NCBI RefSeq assembly: GCF_004010195.1
Contig: NW_025213650.1
Coordinates: 1 to 34,946 of the forward strand
Length of the DNA: 34,946 nt
Direction of reading: 5' to 3'
Origin: Chiloscyllium plagiosum
Taxonomy: Eukaryota
Below, in pieces: positions 34,320 through 34,946 of the stretch (its first letter is position 1; the number at the start of each line of letters is the position of its first letter). The notes beneath the pieces are model-generated. The model was given only the letters and a program-made list of their open reading frames with translations. It did no database searches and was not told the origin of the DNA. Position numbers and translations under genes: made by a program.

Positions 34320-34946
34320 TCATCTATCTCAGTCTTAAATATGCTCAGTGACCTGGCCTCCACAGCCTTCAGTGGCAATTAATTCCACAGATTCGCCACT
34401 CTCTGGCTGAAGAAGTTTATCTTTATCTATCTTTTAAAAGTCTTCACCTTACTTTAAGGCTCTCAGGTTCTTGAATCTCCTACCAAGGGAAACATCTTCC
34501 CAACACCTACTCTGTCCAGACCATTCAGTATTCTGTTTGTTTCAATTAGATCTCCCCTCATCCTTCTAAACTCCATGGAGTAGAAACCCAGAGTCCTCAA
34601 ACCTTCCTCATGTGTTAAGCTTTTCATTTTTTGGACCATTCTCATGAACCTCCTCTGAACTCATTCCAGGGTCAGTACATTCTTCCTGAGATATGGGGCG
34701 CAAAACTGCACACAATAGTCTAAATGTTGTTTGACCAGAACCTTATAGAGGCTCAGAAGTACATCCCCGCTTTTATATTCAAGTCCTCTCAAAATAAATG
34801 CCATCATTCCATTTGCCTTCCTAACTACTGAGTCAACCTACAAGTTTACCTTGAGAGAATCCTGGACTAGAACTCCCAAGTCTCTTTGCACTTCAGACTT
34901 CTGAATTTTCTCCCCATTTAGAAAATAGTCCATGCCTCTAATCTTC
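34320..34946 (-). mobile_element. CR1 LINE ORF2 C-terminal fragment (runs off window)
   Basis: ORF 34463-34645(-) contains HEEGLRTLGFYSMEFRRMRGDLIETNRILNGLDRV; upstream LDYCVQF..PYLRK motif. Confidence 0.9.

Noticed and set aside
1..34946. CRISPR array or prokaryotic system
   Set aside because: No regularly spaced short repeats or operon-like ORFs; the content is vertebrate repeat DNA.

Overview
Eukaryotic, repeat-dense, essentially non-coding DNA with 6 N-gaps. The repeat families (HE1-like SINEs, Deu-domain SINEs, CR1/L2 3' ends, hammerhead-bearing Penelope elements, decayed C2H2 zinc fingers) point to a cartilaginous fish, probably a shark (inference). No intact protein-coding gene is visible. 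The window is a decaying, segmentally duplicated tRNA cluster: Leu, Val, Asp and His copies, almost all pseudogenes, the best being a near-intact tRNA-His(GTG) at 22188-22259. It contains a ~2.4 kb direct duplication at ~3.4 kb offset and a module present three times, once inverted. Less obvious contents: (i) an AT-rich 7.3-14.2 kb block of about three decayed tandem copies whose remnant reading frames show, in order, motifs resembling a Polinton/Maverick protein-primed PolB; (ii) a decayed LTR-retroelement/ERV gag-pol remnant; (iii) Penelope-derived mini-insertions with 15-16 bp target duplications and minimal hammerhead ribozyme cores; (iv) an internally deleted L1-like element with its 5' end intact and a 47-aa mini-ORF1. 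All alignments and motif matches were made by eye.
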